Numbered from the stretch's first letter, positions 40,172 through 50,152 are shown. The stretch is DNA of 64,000 bases from a virus (IMGVR_UViG_3300031992_002338), one strand, 5' to 3'. Notes: generated by a model from the sequence alone, not told the origin. Made by a program: numbers and translations.

Positions 40172-43100
40172 TTATTGTCTGTAGCTTCTCATATGCTCTT
40201 CTACTTGTCTAGCCTCATTAAATGAGCTAACACGCTTCAAATAGCCTATAATTCTTGTTAAATAATCTACATTGTGGCTTCCACACTTAGGACATACATC
40301 TAGAGTGTCCTTGCTAATGTAGCCACAATCATTACATACTGTGTTTTTACAGTTGAATGTGAAATAACTGCATCCATATTCTGAAGCAACTCTTAGTAAC
40401 TGCCTATACTGGTCAAATGAAAGATGCTCATTGATATTCAAGTGTGCTGCTTGCCCACCATCAAGATACTTAACAAAACTTTCACCATGTAATTTCATTT
40501 TATCAAGAATAGATAACTCTGTATCTTCTGGATTGAAGAAATAGCTGCTATACATTATATGCTTTGGTGATACATAGTATCCGTCTTTCTTATCCCAATT
40601 ATAGTTCTTGTTTGAAAGGTTCTCACCAGGAACGAACTCAGTATTATACATACAATCTCTAGTCTTATCCTTTCTATTAGAAATATTGATAGTCTCTAGA
40701 ATGTTGTTTACAAATTCCTCATAGTCCTTATTAAGATTTGGCTCAATTGATAAGAATTCTGCTGCATCTGTCAAACCGTTAACACCGATGGTCAGATACT
40801 GTTTCTTCATATTGATGAATCCAGCTCTATAAACGTCCAACATATTTGCGTTAAGGAAATCCTTTACAATCTCATTGAATGCCCTCTGATACTTGTGTAC
40901 CCTCTCTGTCATTTCAGTAATACCGCTAGAGATATAGGTATAGAGCAAATTCTTATCCTTAACTTTATTGATGTCTACTTGAACACCACTTTCTAGCTGA
41001 GTACCCTCTGCTTCCTCAAAATACTTCCTCGTAGCATTCTGAATAACACGATTAAGGTTAATTGTCATTACGGACTTTGAACCTGTTGCTACGGATGCTG
41101 TACCCATAGAGAATTGGTGTGTGGTGTGATTGTGTTCATCATCTTCCTCACCATCCTTTAGAGAGTTTCTAAGTCTGCAATTATGTGTAATTAAACCAGA
41201 TGGAAGTGTAAAATATGGTTCATCTTCATTTGTACATTCAATGCAATATACATCATCAGTATATTCTTCTTTTTCTATAGATTTAATCTTAAAATAAATA
41301 CTATTATTTTTCTTAATCCATGATTTATCTTGGTCTTTATTTGCTCTATGATTTGCTTCCGAATACCATCTTACACAATATAAGGGGTAGTTTCTATTAA
41401 ATTCTTCACCCCTAATTACTAATTTTTCATCAGTCCTATCAGAGACATTAATTATAGACTGCATACCCAAAGAAGTAATAAGAACCTCCATATCTTCCGC
41501 AAGTTCTTTACTTGTTGTATAACATCTATTACTATTGCCTCCATCAGTATTATACCAACCATCTAAAATTCCCCTTCTAAACTCATCTGATTGCAATAAA
41601 CAATTCAAATTAAGTTTTTTATTATTAGCATAAGTTCCACGTTCCCATAAAGTCCATTTCATTATGAAACTAGCTAAAATCTTAGATGAAATACGTAATG
41701 GATATACATTATTATATACCTCATTAATTTGACATCTTCCATTGTGCCCTAATTGTTGGTTGGCAATATTAACATTTTTTAGGGTGTCTTTGAACTTATC
41801 TTTGTTTTGCGAAAAATTAATATCATATATTGTACCATCAATTTCAGAACCAAAAGAACCGTCACCCAAAAATGCACCAATTATAAATCCTTGCTCATAT
41901 GTTAATCCTTCATCTAATTCAGGAACTGCTGATAATTTTTGTGTGTTGAACATTAGATAATCACCGACAATTAAATCTTTCGTTTCCTTTTCGCCATTTA
42001 GCGTAACATTAATATGGTTATCAGTCATTAAAAATTCTTTGTTATTAAACGTAATAACTTTATACATTGTTCTATTTGGCAACTTGATTGATTTACCTTT
42101 AACCCAACTTCCATTATGGAATATCCTTAAATTTTTTTTATCTGGTTCCCATTTTGTATTATGCAATTCTTCAAATGTGGTTAGATTGACACCAAGCGTA
42201 GATGATTTCCATAAAACCTTTTGATTTTTGCCAAAACAGCAAGAACTTAATGAGTCAGGTGAATCGCTCAAGTAACAGAAGAATGAGTGTCCTTCAGACC
42301 ACATTTCTGCGGTGAAATCGGCATATTCCTTATCTACGATGTCATGACCATCTGTAAGCATTGCCATTGTTTCAACTGGGAAAGTCAATACATACTTTGT
42401 TCTTTCCTCGTTGAACCACTTCATAAATTTCTTCTGAAGCCAAGATAGCGTTTCCCACTTTGGAGCTGTTCCATCTGGGAATCTGAATTCTCCAAACACG
42501 CCATCGAAATAGTTCTTGTCAAAATATCCAACATTCCAGAATACTGTTTGGTATCCTCTGTTACCAGCTGGCATATTCATTGAGTGTACTACTTGTTGGA
42601 AACAGTTCTCAATAACTTGTTCTAGTGTTCTTCCTTTCCTATTGATTTCGACTTGTTTATCAAGTATATCGAGGTAGTCTTCTCCGTAGTCTTTTCTGAT
42701 AAAATAGTCCATGTACATAAGGAACTCTGGTGTAGCCACAGCCCCCATGAATTGTGATGATACAGAATAAACTAAGTTAATAAACTCCCCACAGTATGAT
42801 TTGAGGTCTGTAGGGGCTTTAGATTGACCACCTAGATTCTTTAAACCGTCTATTAGGAATGGGTACATTGTAATTGCTACGCAATATGGGTATCCTGGTG
42901 TTCCACTTTCGTCATGTTTGTACAATACATGACTCTCAAGGTCTTTTATATACTGGTCAGCAAGTTTCTTAGAATACAATGCTTTAATCTTATTTTGCAT
43001 GATGTATCTATTTTGCTGGATGTTTTTACCTTTATGCAACTCTTGACCTAGAGTCACAATATTTTTGTTTTCAACATTTGCATTGGAATCGTACTTCGAG

Positions 43101-43423
43101 CCAGTAGAGGCATTTGAAGCATTGATGTAATCCCTTATAAAGTCGCTGTCTGTCTTTAGTGTCTTGTCCTTTCCCTCTTTTTCTTCATATTTCTTAATAT
43201 ATGCCCTTGCAACTTTCTTGTTGACTGACATTAAAGCCTCTTCGACTTGTCTTCTAATCTCTGATGATGAAATTCTATCATAAATTAAAAGGTTCTTAAT
43301 TAATGATTCGATTAGACCATCAGGACAGACTTCATTTACTGCCGTGTACGCTTCGCAAATGCCGTGTTTTACCTTTGAAGGATTGTATTCCTCAAAGTAA
43401 CCTTCGCTTTTTCTTACTTCCAT
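40172..43423 (-). CDS. nrdD: Class III (anaerobic) ribonucleotide reductase with ATP cone, interrupted by an intein
   Basis: MEVRKSEG ATP cone; LYKHD; YC; TFPVET; spliced SSCCRL; CNDC/CPKC; TRIIGYL glycyl-radical loop. Confidence 0.96.
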   Translation of the reverse strand: MEVRKSEGYFEEYNPSKVKHGICEAYTAVNEVCPDGLIESLIKNLLIYDRISSSEIRRQVEEALMSVNKKVARAYIKKYEEKEGKDKTLKTDSDFIRDYINASNASTGSKYDSNANVENKNIVTLGQELHKGKNIQQNRYIMQNKIKALYSKKLADQYIKDLESHVLYKHDESGTPGYPYCVAITMYPFLIDGLKNLGGQSKAPTDLKSYCGEFINLVYSVSSQFMGAVATPEFLMYMDYFIRKDYGEDYLDILDKQVEINRKGRTLEQVIENCFQQVVHSMNMPAGNRGYQTVFWNVGYFDKNYFDGVFGEFRFPDGTAPKWETLSWLQKKFMKWFNEERTKYVLTFPVETMAMLTDGHDIVDKEYADFTAEMWSEGHSFFCYLSDSPDSLSSCCFGKNQKVLWKSSTLGVNLTTFEELHNTKWEPDKKNLRIFHNGSWVKGKSIKLPNRTMYKVITFNNKEFLMTDNHINVTLNGEKETKDLIVGDYLMFNTQKLSAVPELDEGLTYEQGFIIGAFLGDGSFGSEIDGTIYDINFSQNKDKFKDTLKNVNIANQQLGHNGRCQINEVYNNVYPLRISSKILASFIMKWTLWERGTYANNKKLNLNCLLQSDEFRRGILDGWYNTDGGNSNRCYTTSKELAEDMEVLITSLGMQSIINVSDRTDEKLVIRGEEFNRNYPLYCVRWYSEANHRANKDQDKSWIKKNNSIYFKIKSIEKEEYTDDVYCIECTNEDEPYFTLPSGLITHNCRLRNSLKDGEEDDEHNHTTHQFSMGTASVATGSKSVMTINLNRVIQNATRKYFEEAEGTQLESGVQVDINKVKDKNLLYTYISSGITEMTERVHKYQRAFNEIVKDFLNANMLDVYRAGFINMKKQYLTIGVNGLTDAAEFLSIEPNLNKDYEEFVNNILETINISNRKDKTRDCMYNTEFVPGENLSNKNYNWDKKDGYYVSPKHIMYSSYFFNPEDTELSILDKMKLHGESFVKYLDGGQAAHLNINEHLSFDQYRQLLRVASEYGCSYFTFNCKNTVCNDCGYISKDTLDVCPKCGSHNVDYLTRIIGYLKRVSSFNEARQVEEHMRSYRQ
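41180..42238 (-). mobile_element. Intein (353 aa) with LAGLIDADG homing endonuclease in nrdD
   Basis: Starts CFGKNQKV, block B TDNH, ends ITHN followed by extein Cys; IIGAFLGDG and ILDGWYNTDG. Confidence 0.95.
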
Positions 43424-43653
43424 TAAAGCAAAACTTTTTTAATTTCATTATTTTATTTTTAGTTCGGTTAACCATTTTTTTTAGCATCTGATGTAAGAAT
43501 AAATATATGAAAATTATGTAAAAATTCACTAAAAAATAAAAAATTTGGCTACCAAAATTATAAACCTCTGATAACCAAATATGTCTAGATGAAAAATATT
43601 TTTAAGTAAATTTTTTACCCATTTTACACTGTTAAAAATCTCTTTCTGAATAT

Positions 43654-46140
43654 TTAGTTGTGCTTTTTGGTAAGACTCTTGGCTATTTCTTTCTGTGTCT
43701 CAAACAATGCGTCCTTCTTCTTCTGCTGAAGCTCAAACAAGCTATCCAACTCATCCACATTATCAGTACTAATGCGGCATGTGCCGTTGTTAAACTCCAC
43801 ATTATTGAAGACCTTACCACTCTTACCTGCTCTGTTCTTCAAAATTGCAATTGTTGCCTTATTATTCGCTATATCGTCAACTGTTCTTGCAATAGACATA
43901 ATTACGTGAGCAATCTGAGCTTTCTTGACTGAGCCGCCAATCTTATCCATCGTAACCAACTCCAAGTTGATTGAGTCCTTTGTTCCTTGAGACGGTATCC
44001 AAATCGCCATGTCAAGTTCACCAGCCATCGCTTCGAACCTACGCATAGTCTTACCCTCTTGTGAAAACTCATTTGACGATGATTTGTCTGGCTCATGCTC
44101 AAGACATTCAAAATAGTCAATAATCGTTAAATCTGGTTTAAAGCCACTGTTTATAAGCTTTTTAATGAACCTTTCAATCTGCCTTGCTGTTTTTTCACCA
44201 CTTGGGAACTTAACAATTCTCAAGTTCTTTTCCAATTCTTCTTTCTGAGGGAAAGCATCAATTGTCTGTCTAACCAAGTCAATTACATCTGGTTTTGAAA
44301 GGTCTTTTGCTTCAATACCTGTGATTCGACCAAGGTGTTTTCTCTGAATCTGCTTGATTCTATCCTCAAATACAATTTGTAATACCTTATATCCGTTACA
44401 AGCTGCGTGTGAAGCCATTGCAGTTGTTAACGATGTATTATGAGTAACAATGAAATTATCTGTTAAATAAAGTTCATCTTCAGCATCCACTTTAATACAT
44501 TGCCCATCACATATTCTTGACTTCTCAACTCTATGAAAAAACCTTTCATCGCTACGCAATGTTCTATAAACAACTCTGTCTTGCTTCCTCTTTAATCTGA
44601 AAATTGGTATTGAACTATCACACAATGTAATGGTTACTTCATAATGAGTGCCACAGTCTCTAATCTCATTATACTTTTTGTTAAAATATTTAGCTCGCTT
44701 TTCTCTAACTTTCGCAAAGCCACCAAGTGATAATACAAGAATTTTAATATCTTCTGCAAGTTGTTTTGACTTGGTATTAAAACAAGAACACCCATTTTTC
44801 ATGCAAGTACCGTCACTATCCATAAGTCCATTAAGAATCGCAATTCTATCCTCCAATGAGCTATATAGATAATCTTCTGGAATATATTTTCCACTAGATG
44901 TTAAAGATAAATCAAAATATCTCGACAATTCTTTTTTCAAATTAACACCATAGGTCAATGAAAATGCCCTATTTTTTCTTTCATGCAAATTGAATTTAAA
45001 ATTACATTCTGACAATAATTTAGAAGATTCATTAATATCTTTTTTTCCAACAGTTATTGTTGCACCATTAAAATTACCATCTCCTATTAAATACCCCATC
45101 AAATATGGGTCAATGGAAATGTTTCTTTTTTCGAATTCGACAGGACTACACATTGGAATTTTAAAATTGTGCCTACCTCTTTTAAAAAGACCCTTTTTGA
45201 CAATATTTTCCAAAGATAATACCTTAAATGAATGGTCTTGAACATAACGTTTATCATTCCTATTCTTAGATACACCGCGTATGTATTTCTTTCCACTTCT
45301 TTGATAATAAGAATTTACTGCCCACAAATGTTCTTTTCCGCATTCGCACGAAACGCCATCTGAAAATGTAACTTTATAGAATTGCCAATTTTTATGAGGA
45401 TAAACACCAATAACTTTAGTTGGTTTACCATTACTTCCAATTACATAATCACCAACCTTAATATCACCCATATTCTTAAAGCCATTTGGCGTAACTATCT
45501 GAGAATCAAAGGGTTGCACTTTTCCGAAGCTCGTTGGCCCGATTATAACGCCTAACTCACCTTTGCCAAGTCCACCCTCAAGTGCCTCATCAATCTTTCC
45601 AATACCTGTTGGGATTGGAACTCTATAATCATCAGAAAGTGTTTCATTTATATGGTCGAACAAACCTTCTCCAAAATCGTTGTGTGTTCCCTTTGTCATT
45701 GCATCATTCAAAAGGTCAACACAAGCATCATATTGATTTGTATCGCCATTTCCAGCTATCTTTAGAATTTCATTCGCTGTCCTAATGATATTCTGTTGTT
45801 TAAAAAACTTCTCTGCCAACTCCCTTGTTCTCTCCACACCATCACTTGCTGAGTTACGAACCTTTTCAAGAATTGCGAGATACGTTTCAATCTCTTTATC
45901 TGAGTGTGAAATATCTCGCAATTCAACTTCTAGCATATCATAAGAGGGAACATGACCTTCCCTCTCATAATAGTTCTTCATAACTCCTACAAGTGTTTTG
46001 AGATTTGGGTCAGTAAACATATTTTGGTCTATGATACTGCTCAAGTCCTCGAAAAAAGTGTGGTTTTCCATAAACTCATGTGTAAGGCGGTATTGGAATG
46101 TTTCACCTAAATATCCTAAATCACTTCTTTTCTGAGCCAT
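43654..46140 (-). CDS. Replicative helicase (DnaB/T4 gp41-like), interrupted by an intein
   Basis: IPTGI...GGLGKGEL...GPTSFGK|TS; IVFE; IIDY; SQG; LKNRAG. Confidence 0.93.
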   Translation of the reverse strand: MAQKRSDLGYLGETFQYRLTHEFMENHTFFEDLSSIIDQNMFTDPNLKTLVGVMKNYYEREGHVPSYDMLEVELRDISHSDKEIETYLAILEKVRNSASDGVERTRELAEKFFKQQNIIRTANEILKIAGNGDTNQYDACVDLLNDAMTKGTHNDFGEGLFDHINETLSDDYRVPIPTGIGKIDEALEGGLGKGELGVIIGPTSFGKVQPFDSQIVTPNGFKNMGDIKVGDYVIGSNGKPTKVIGVYPHKNWQFYKVTFSDGVSCECGKEHLWAVNSYYQRSGKKYIRGVSKNRNDKRYVQDHSFKVLSLENIVKKGLFKRGRHNFKIPMCSPVEFEKRNISIDPYLMGYLIGDGNFNGATITVGKKDINESSKLLSECNFKFNLHERKNRAFSLTYGVNLKKELSRYFDLSLTSSGKYIPEDYLYSSLEDRIAILNGLMDSDGTCMKNGCSCFNTKSKQLAEDIKILVLSLGGFAKVREKRAKYFNKKYNEIRDCGTHYEVTITLCDSSIPIFRLKRKQDRVVYRTLRSDERFFHRVEKSRICDGQCIKVDAEDELYLTDNFIVTHNTSLTTAMASHAACNGYKVLQIVFEDRIKQIQRKHLGRITGIEAKDLSKPDVIDLVRQTIDAFPQKEELEKNLRIVKFPSGEKTARQIERFIKKLINSGFKPDLTIIDYFECLEHEPDKSSSNEFSQEGKTMRRFEAMAGELDMAIWIPSQGTKDSINLELVTMDKIGGSVKKAQIAHVIMSIARTVDDIANNKATIAILKNRAGKSGKVFNNVEFNNGTCRISTDNVDELDSLFELQQKKKDALFETQKEIAKSLTKKHN
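44437..45519 (-). mobile_element. Class-3-type intein (361 aa) with LAGLIDADG endonuclease in the helicase P-loop
   Basis: Starts VQPFDSQIVTP; HLW, QCIKV and VTHN|T give the W-C-T triplet; LMGYLIGDG and ILNGLMDSDG. Confidence 0.92.
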
Positions 46141-46164
46141 TGAAACCCACTTTTAATTCAATTA

Positions 46165-46977
46165 TTAATATAAGTCTTTAAAATACTTATTTGTCTTTTT
46201 CTGTACGGCACGTTCCCAGTCTCTCTCAATCTTCTTATTAGCCAAGTAAAGACTGTAAGAATACTTCTTTGGCTTCACCTTCTTGCCATTTGCTTTCTCA
46301 AACTTCTTGTCATTGCCGTACTCATCAATGACAGTGTACTTGCTGAGATACTTGTTGTTTTCACGTGGGTCGAAATAACCCTTTTGGCTGTTGTCCTTAA
46401 TCTCATCCTTTGTGGGAGAGCAAGCTTCACAGATTTTCTTTGTAATTTGTAACAGTACGTCTGGCTTATCAATAATCATACCCTTCAGTACCTCATGCTC
46501 AAATGAGAGTCTGTCTGCATTTGTCTTGAAAAACGTCTCCTTATCATATACAAAGGTTTGACCATCCTTGTTTGTGACCTTTACATTCTTATTACTAAGG
46601 TCCACTTTCTCACGGATATACTTTGGATAAGCATATCCATCCCAAATCTTCGTGATTACGTCACGTTTGTTATCAGAGATTACAAGTTTGAAAGTGCAAA
46701 CCCAAGGCTCAATCAGTGGATTGATGAACTCTTCGTTGTCCTCTGGAAATTGTGGATTAAAATAATTCCACGTATAAACTCTACTCTTTGACTTCAAATC
46801 GTCATCAATAATGCCGACAATCTCATCTACTTTCTCCTTGAATTCCAAAGTATTCATACTGTTTTCAATGAAATTGTAGATTCTGAAATTTCTCTTACAA
46901 ATGATATTATCATTTACAAACACCGTAAACTCAAATCTCTCTTCTTTGTAATCTTTGATTTCTTTATTAATTTCCAT
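46165..46977 (-). CDS. Hypothetical protein of the replication module
   Basis: 270-aa ORF immediately upstream of the helicase. Confidence 0.75.
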   Translation of the reverse strand: MEINKEIKDYKEERFEFTVFVNDNIICKRNFRIYNFIENSMNTLEFKEKVDEIVGIIDDDLKSKSRVYTWNYFNPQFPEDNEEFINPLIEPWVCTFKLVISDNKRDVITKIWDGYAYPKYIREKVDLSNKNVKVTNKDGQTFVYDKETFFKTNADRLSFEHEVLKGMIIDKPDVLLQITKKICEACSPTKDEIKDNSQKGYFDPRENNKYLSKYTVIDEYGNDKKFEKANGKKVKPKKYSYSLYLANKKIERDWERAVQKKTNKYFKDLY

Positions 46978-47011
46978 AAAATAAATTGTTAAAAGTTAAA
47001 CATATATATAA

Positions 47012-47260
47012 TCAAACTCTAAAATATCTAAATATCTCATCTAAATAAACCTTTTCGCCTAATGTAAACTGTGGAAGACTATTATTAACTACCCAATATT
47101 TCTCTGGGTGTTTCATAGCATCATACAGCATTGTATATGAATTGTGTCTGCCAATTGCCATAAAATAATATTCAAATATTCTAAACCTTACCCATAACTT
47201 ATCCCTTTTAAGTTTAAAAGCAAACTTTTTGAATAATTTATTATCATATTTCTCTTTCAT
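47012..47260 (-). CDS. Hypothetical protein
   Basis: 82 aa, directly after the promoter at 47279-47310. Confidence 0.65.
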   Translation of the reverse strand: MKEKYDNKLFKKFAFKLKRDKLWVRFRIFEYYFMAIGRHNSYTMLYDAMKHPEKYWVVNNSLPQFTLGEKVYLDEIFRYFRV

Positions 47261-47278
47261 ATTTCAATTTCATCAATG

Positions 47279-47310
47279 CAAAGATATGAAAAAAAATGTT
47301 AAAATGCAAA
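47279..47310 (-). promoter_or_regulatory. Bacteroidota sigma-A-type promoter
   Basis: TTTG-20 nt-TATCTTTG. Confidence 0.85.
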
Positions 47311-47338
47311 TAAAATAAAAAAATATTTTAAACTTTTT

Positions 47339-47692
47339 TTAAATACTATAAACCTCACAAAATTCCTCAATGGTCAAAAACTCATTAGAATAAGGCTCTG
47401 TTCCATATTTTTTCTTGTAGAAATCATCCAATGGCTTATAGGAGTATTCATCTTCATCTAATACAAGCCTTACAGTCTCTGGATTATTCAAAGCTCTCTC
47501 CAATAAGTATGAATCAATCTTGGCTATACTAGGGAAATAATATATTAGGGTCTTTAACCTTACATACTTCCTAATATCCTCTTTCCTAAACTTCATCAAC
47601 AACTGATAGGTGTCATAAATCTTAGGTTCACCGTCAATTAACAATAACTTATCAACTTTAGCCCTTTCTACTATGCTTCTTAAATTCTCCAT
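47339..47692 (-). CDS. Hypothetical protein
   Basis: 117-aa ORF overlapping the exonuclease 3' end. Confidence 0.65.
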   Translation of the reverse strand: MENLRSIVERAKVDKLLLIDGEPKIYDTYQLLMKFRKEDIRKYVRLKTLIYYFPSIAKIDSYLLERALNNPETVRLVLDEDEYSYKPLDDFYKKKYGTEPYSNEFLTIEEFCEVYSI

Positions 47693-48824
47693 ATTCCCTA
47701 AAACGTTTTTTTTCCATCATAATAATTCTTCCAAAAGGAGAAAACAAACTACTAAATTTATCTTCATTTGTTAATTCTGTTAGGTCAAACTCACTTACGA
47801 GTTTATATACATTCTTTATATCTCTATCACTAGTGTCCATTATGCCATACAATTCATCAGTAAGTGACTCCCTAGCTTCATCTGTCAATAATGGCTCTGA
47901 TAAATCTATTATTTTTTGGTTAATCTCATAAAGTCTATCCCCTTGGCATCCATCTGTAGCCCCATTAACGATGTTTTCGAGCGATTTGAGAGGTTTTTTC
48001 TTGTTCTGTGCTCTCTCTTCAAGCAACTGTTTTGAACGCTCTATAATGGTGTTTAAATCGGTCTTCGTATCTTTTATCTGAGGGAACAACTTTATCAATG
48101 TCGTTTCGCCAATACCCTTAACTCCTTTTATATTGTCGGATGCATCACCACAAAGAATTTTCTCCAACACAACATTCTCATGCGTGATACCTATTTTCTC
48201 TACTGAATTATCCTTTGTAACAAAATCCTTCATTCTAGGATTGTATATAATAACTGTATCTGATATTAGCTGCGTTAGGTCTTTATCTGATGAAACTATA
48301 ACCACTTTTTCATTCGGTTTCTTATTCTTTACGTAATAGGCAATTATATCATCACCTTCAACATTCTCATATTCGTATTGCCTAACACAAAGCTCTTCAA
48401 GAATTGCATTAATAATAGACTTTTCTCTTTCAAAAGCCTCATCATCATTATCCTCTTTCTTATCTCTCATCTTCCTAGAGTAGGATAACACCTTATTCTG
48501 GTATTCAAGTATCTTTCTATCGTAGTCACTCATATTAGGGTCATGCAGACTATAATTTTTGTCTCTATTGGCCTTATAATCCTTATAGTACTCCCATCTT
48601 AATACCCCACTTCCAACCCCATCAAAACAAACTATACAATAATTGAAATCCTTCTTGTTTAAAATGTTACCCAACATTCTCAAAAAAGACACAACAGCAC
48701 CATATTCCTCCCCTTTGCTGTTCATTGTCTTATCAACTAAAGATATTTTTAATAGGTTATTCCCATCTACAATCACCGAATAAAATGATTCATCCTTCTT
48801 GTTGCGCTTTGTTACTTGTTTCAT
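47658..48824 (-). CDS. 5'-3' exonuclease / flap endonuclease (T4 RNase H, PolI N-domain family)
   Basis: IVDGNN, CFDG, YKANR, EGDD, SSDKDL, GDASDNIKGVKGIG. Confidence 0.93.
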   Translation of the reverse strand: MKQVTKRNKKDESFYSVIVDGNNLLKISLVDKTMNSKGEEYGAVVSFLRMLGNILNKKDFNYCIVCFDGVGSGVLRWEYYKDYKANRDKNYSLHDPNMSDYDRKILEYQNKVLSYSRKMRDKKEDNDDEAFEREKSIINAILEELCVRQYEYENVEGDDIIAYYVKNKKPNEKVVIVSSDKDLTQLISDTVIIYNPRMKDFVTKDNSVEKIGITHENVVLEKILCGDASDNIKGVKGIGETTLIKLFPQIKDTKTDLNTIIERSKQLLEERAQNKKKPLKSLENIVNGATDGCQGDRLYEINQKIIDLSEPLLTDEARESLTDELYGIMDTSDRDIKNVYKLVSEFDLTELTNEDKFSSLFSPFGRIIMMEKKRFREYGEFKKHSRKG

Positions 48825-48840
48825 AAAACCATTTTTTATG

Positions 48841-48872
48841 CAAATATATATAAAATATTGTTAAAAAACAAA
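48841..48872 (-). promoter_or_regulatory. Bacteroidota sigma-A-type promoter
   Basis: TTTG-20 nt-TATATTTG. Confidence 0.85.
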
Positions 48873-48884
48873 AAAAGAAGAGAA

Positions 48885-49472
48885 TTAATTTCCCTTCTTT
48901 TCTTTTCTCATTTCACTTATTGGTCTTAATATATCTTGAAACCCGTCAATCTTATCTCCTATATATTCTTTACAATATGAAACACGTTGTAATCTATTAC
49001 GGTATCTGTGATTATCGTGCTCAATGGCTTTTTTATCCCTTCCTTTCCCATCAAACATCGTAGCTCTTACATTTGGATTCCTACCAAGTGCTTCACCGAA
49101 TTTCCTATGTGCTGTCTTGATATACAATCTATAGTCATGGTCTTCATCAGACAAGGACTTTACAATACCACCACAGAAATTAAAAATTATTGTACTAAGT
49201 CCTAACCCTTGATAATCTTCGAGTATGACAATTCTACTTATAGAACAGCCATAAGGTATTCCTTTTCTCGGTGTATTAAGAATTCCAACAAATCCGACTG
49301 GAATCCCTTCCCATTCAAATAACAAGCATTTACAAGACTTATTCAATTCAGCGGTCAAATAATGGCATTTTGAAAATCCTAGGCTTTTCCACACGCTAGA
49401 TTCTACTCTTCTAACAGTTAATTTTATATTGGGCCGCTCTCCTTTTTTATGGTTTATATTTACAGTTTTCAC
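48885..49472 (-). CDS. GNAT-fold acetyltransferase of the type usually fused to a phage ABC ATPase
   Basis: RPNIKL...FSKCHYL...ISRIVILEDYQGLGLS acetyl-CoA-binding motif. Confidence 0.75.
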   Translation of the reverse strand: MKTVNINHKKGERPNIKLTVRRVESSVWKSLGFSKCHYLTAELNKSCKCLLFEWEGIPVGFVGILNTPRKGIPYGCSISRIVILEDYQGLGLSTIIFNFCGGIVKSLSDEDHDYRLYIKTAHRKFGEALGRNPNVRATMFDGKGRDKKAIEHDNHRYRNRLQRVSYCKEYIGDKIDGFQDILRPISEMRKEKKGN

Positions 49473-49494
49473 TAATAATATTCATTTTCTCTCA

Positions 49495-49863
49495 TTATTT
49501 TTTAGTGTGACATTCTTCACACTGCGGATATATCCAATGATTTTCTACAATTGGTTTATCTATATATTTGCCGCAAACTTCACAAGTATTATATGATTTT
49601 TCTTCAGCATCATCAATCATTTTTCTGACAGTATTATCGTAAGAAGACAAATATATTCTAAGTTGTCCAAATTTTTCTTTCACTTGATGAACTTCGATAT
49701 TATGCTCGGCTGCATAATCCAATATAGGCTTATATAACTTTTCCCACCCTTTGCCACATTCTATGCCAAACAGCTCATAAGGCCACTTTGGTTCTACCTT
49801 TGGTCTGTTTTTACGTTCTTCTAGAAATTTTGCTCTAATCTCTTCAAATTTTTTCTTGTCCAT
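49495..49863 (-). CDS. Hypothetical phage protein with C-terminal Zn ribbon
   Basis: CGKGW, QVKEKFGQLRIY, CEVCG...CEEC. Confidence 0.75.
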   Translation of the reverse strand: MDKKKFEEIRAKFLEERKNRPKVEPKWPYELFGIECGKGWEKLYKPILDYAAEHNIEVHQVKEKFGQLRIYLSSYDNTVRKMIDDAEEKSYNTCEVCGKYIDKPIVENHWIYPQCEECHTKK

Positions 49864-50152
49864 AATACAAATCTATTAAGTTATCTGCATACATCCACCC
49901 TTTAATCTTATCCATAGGTATTTTTCTTTCACTAAATCTACCATATGAAAAAATGCCATTTTCTAACCTTGTTTTCTTGTCATAGAAGCTTTCTTTTTCA
50001 AAATCTCTATCATCAAAAAATACTTGCCAATAATCAGTAGATACATATAAGGATGTGCTACCGCTTAATCTGCCTTCTGAAAGAATTAATACTTTTTTAT
50101 ACTGTTCTTCTTTCATTGGCAATTCCCCTATTTTATTCCATTTTAATTCCAT
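49844..50152 (-). CDS. Hypothetical protein
   Basis: Start moved to ATG 50152 (MELKWNK), just downstream of the promoter at 50157-50188. Confidence 0.65.
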   Translation of the reverse strand: MELKWNKIGELPMKEEQYKKVLILSEGRLSGSTSLYVSTDYWQVFFDDRDFEKESFYDKKTRLENGIFSYGRFSERKIPMDKIKGWMYADNLIDLYYGQEKI

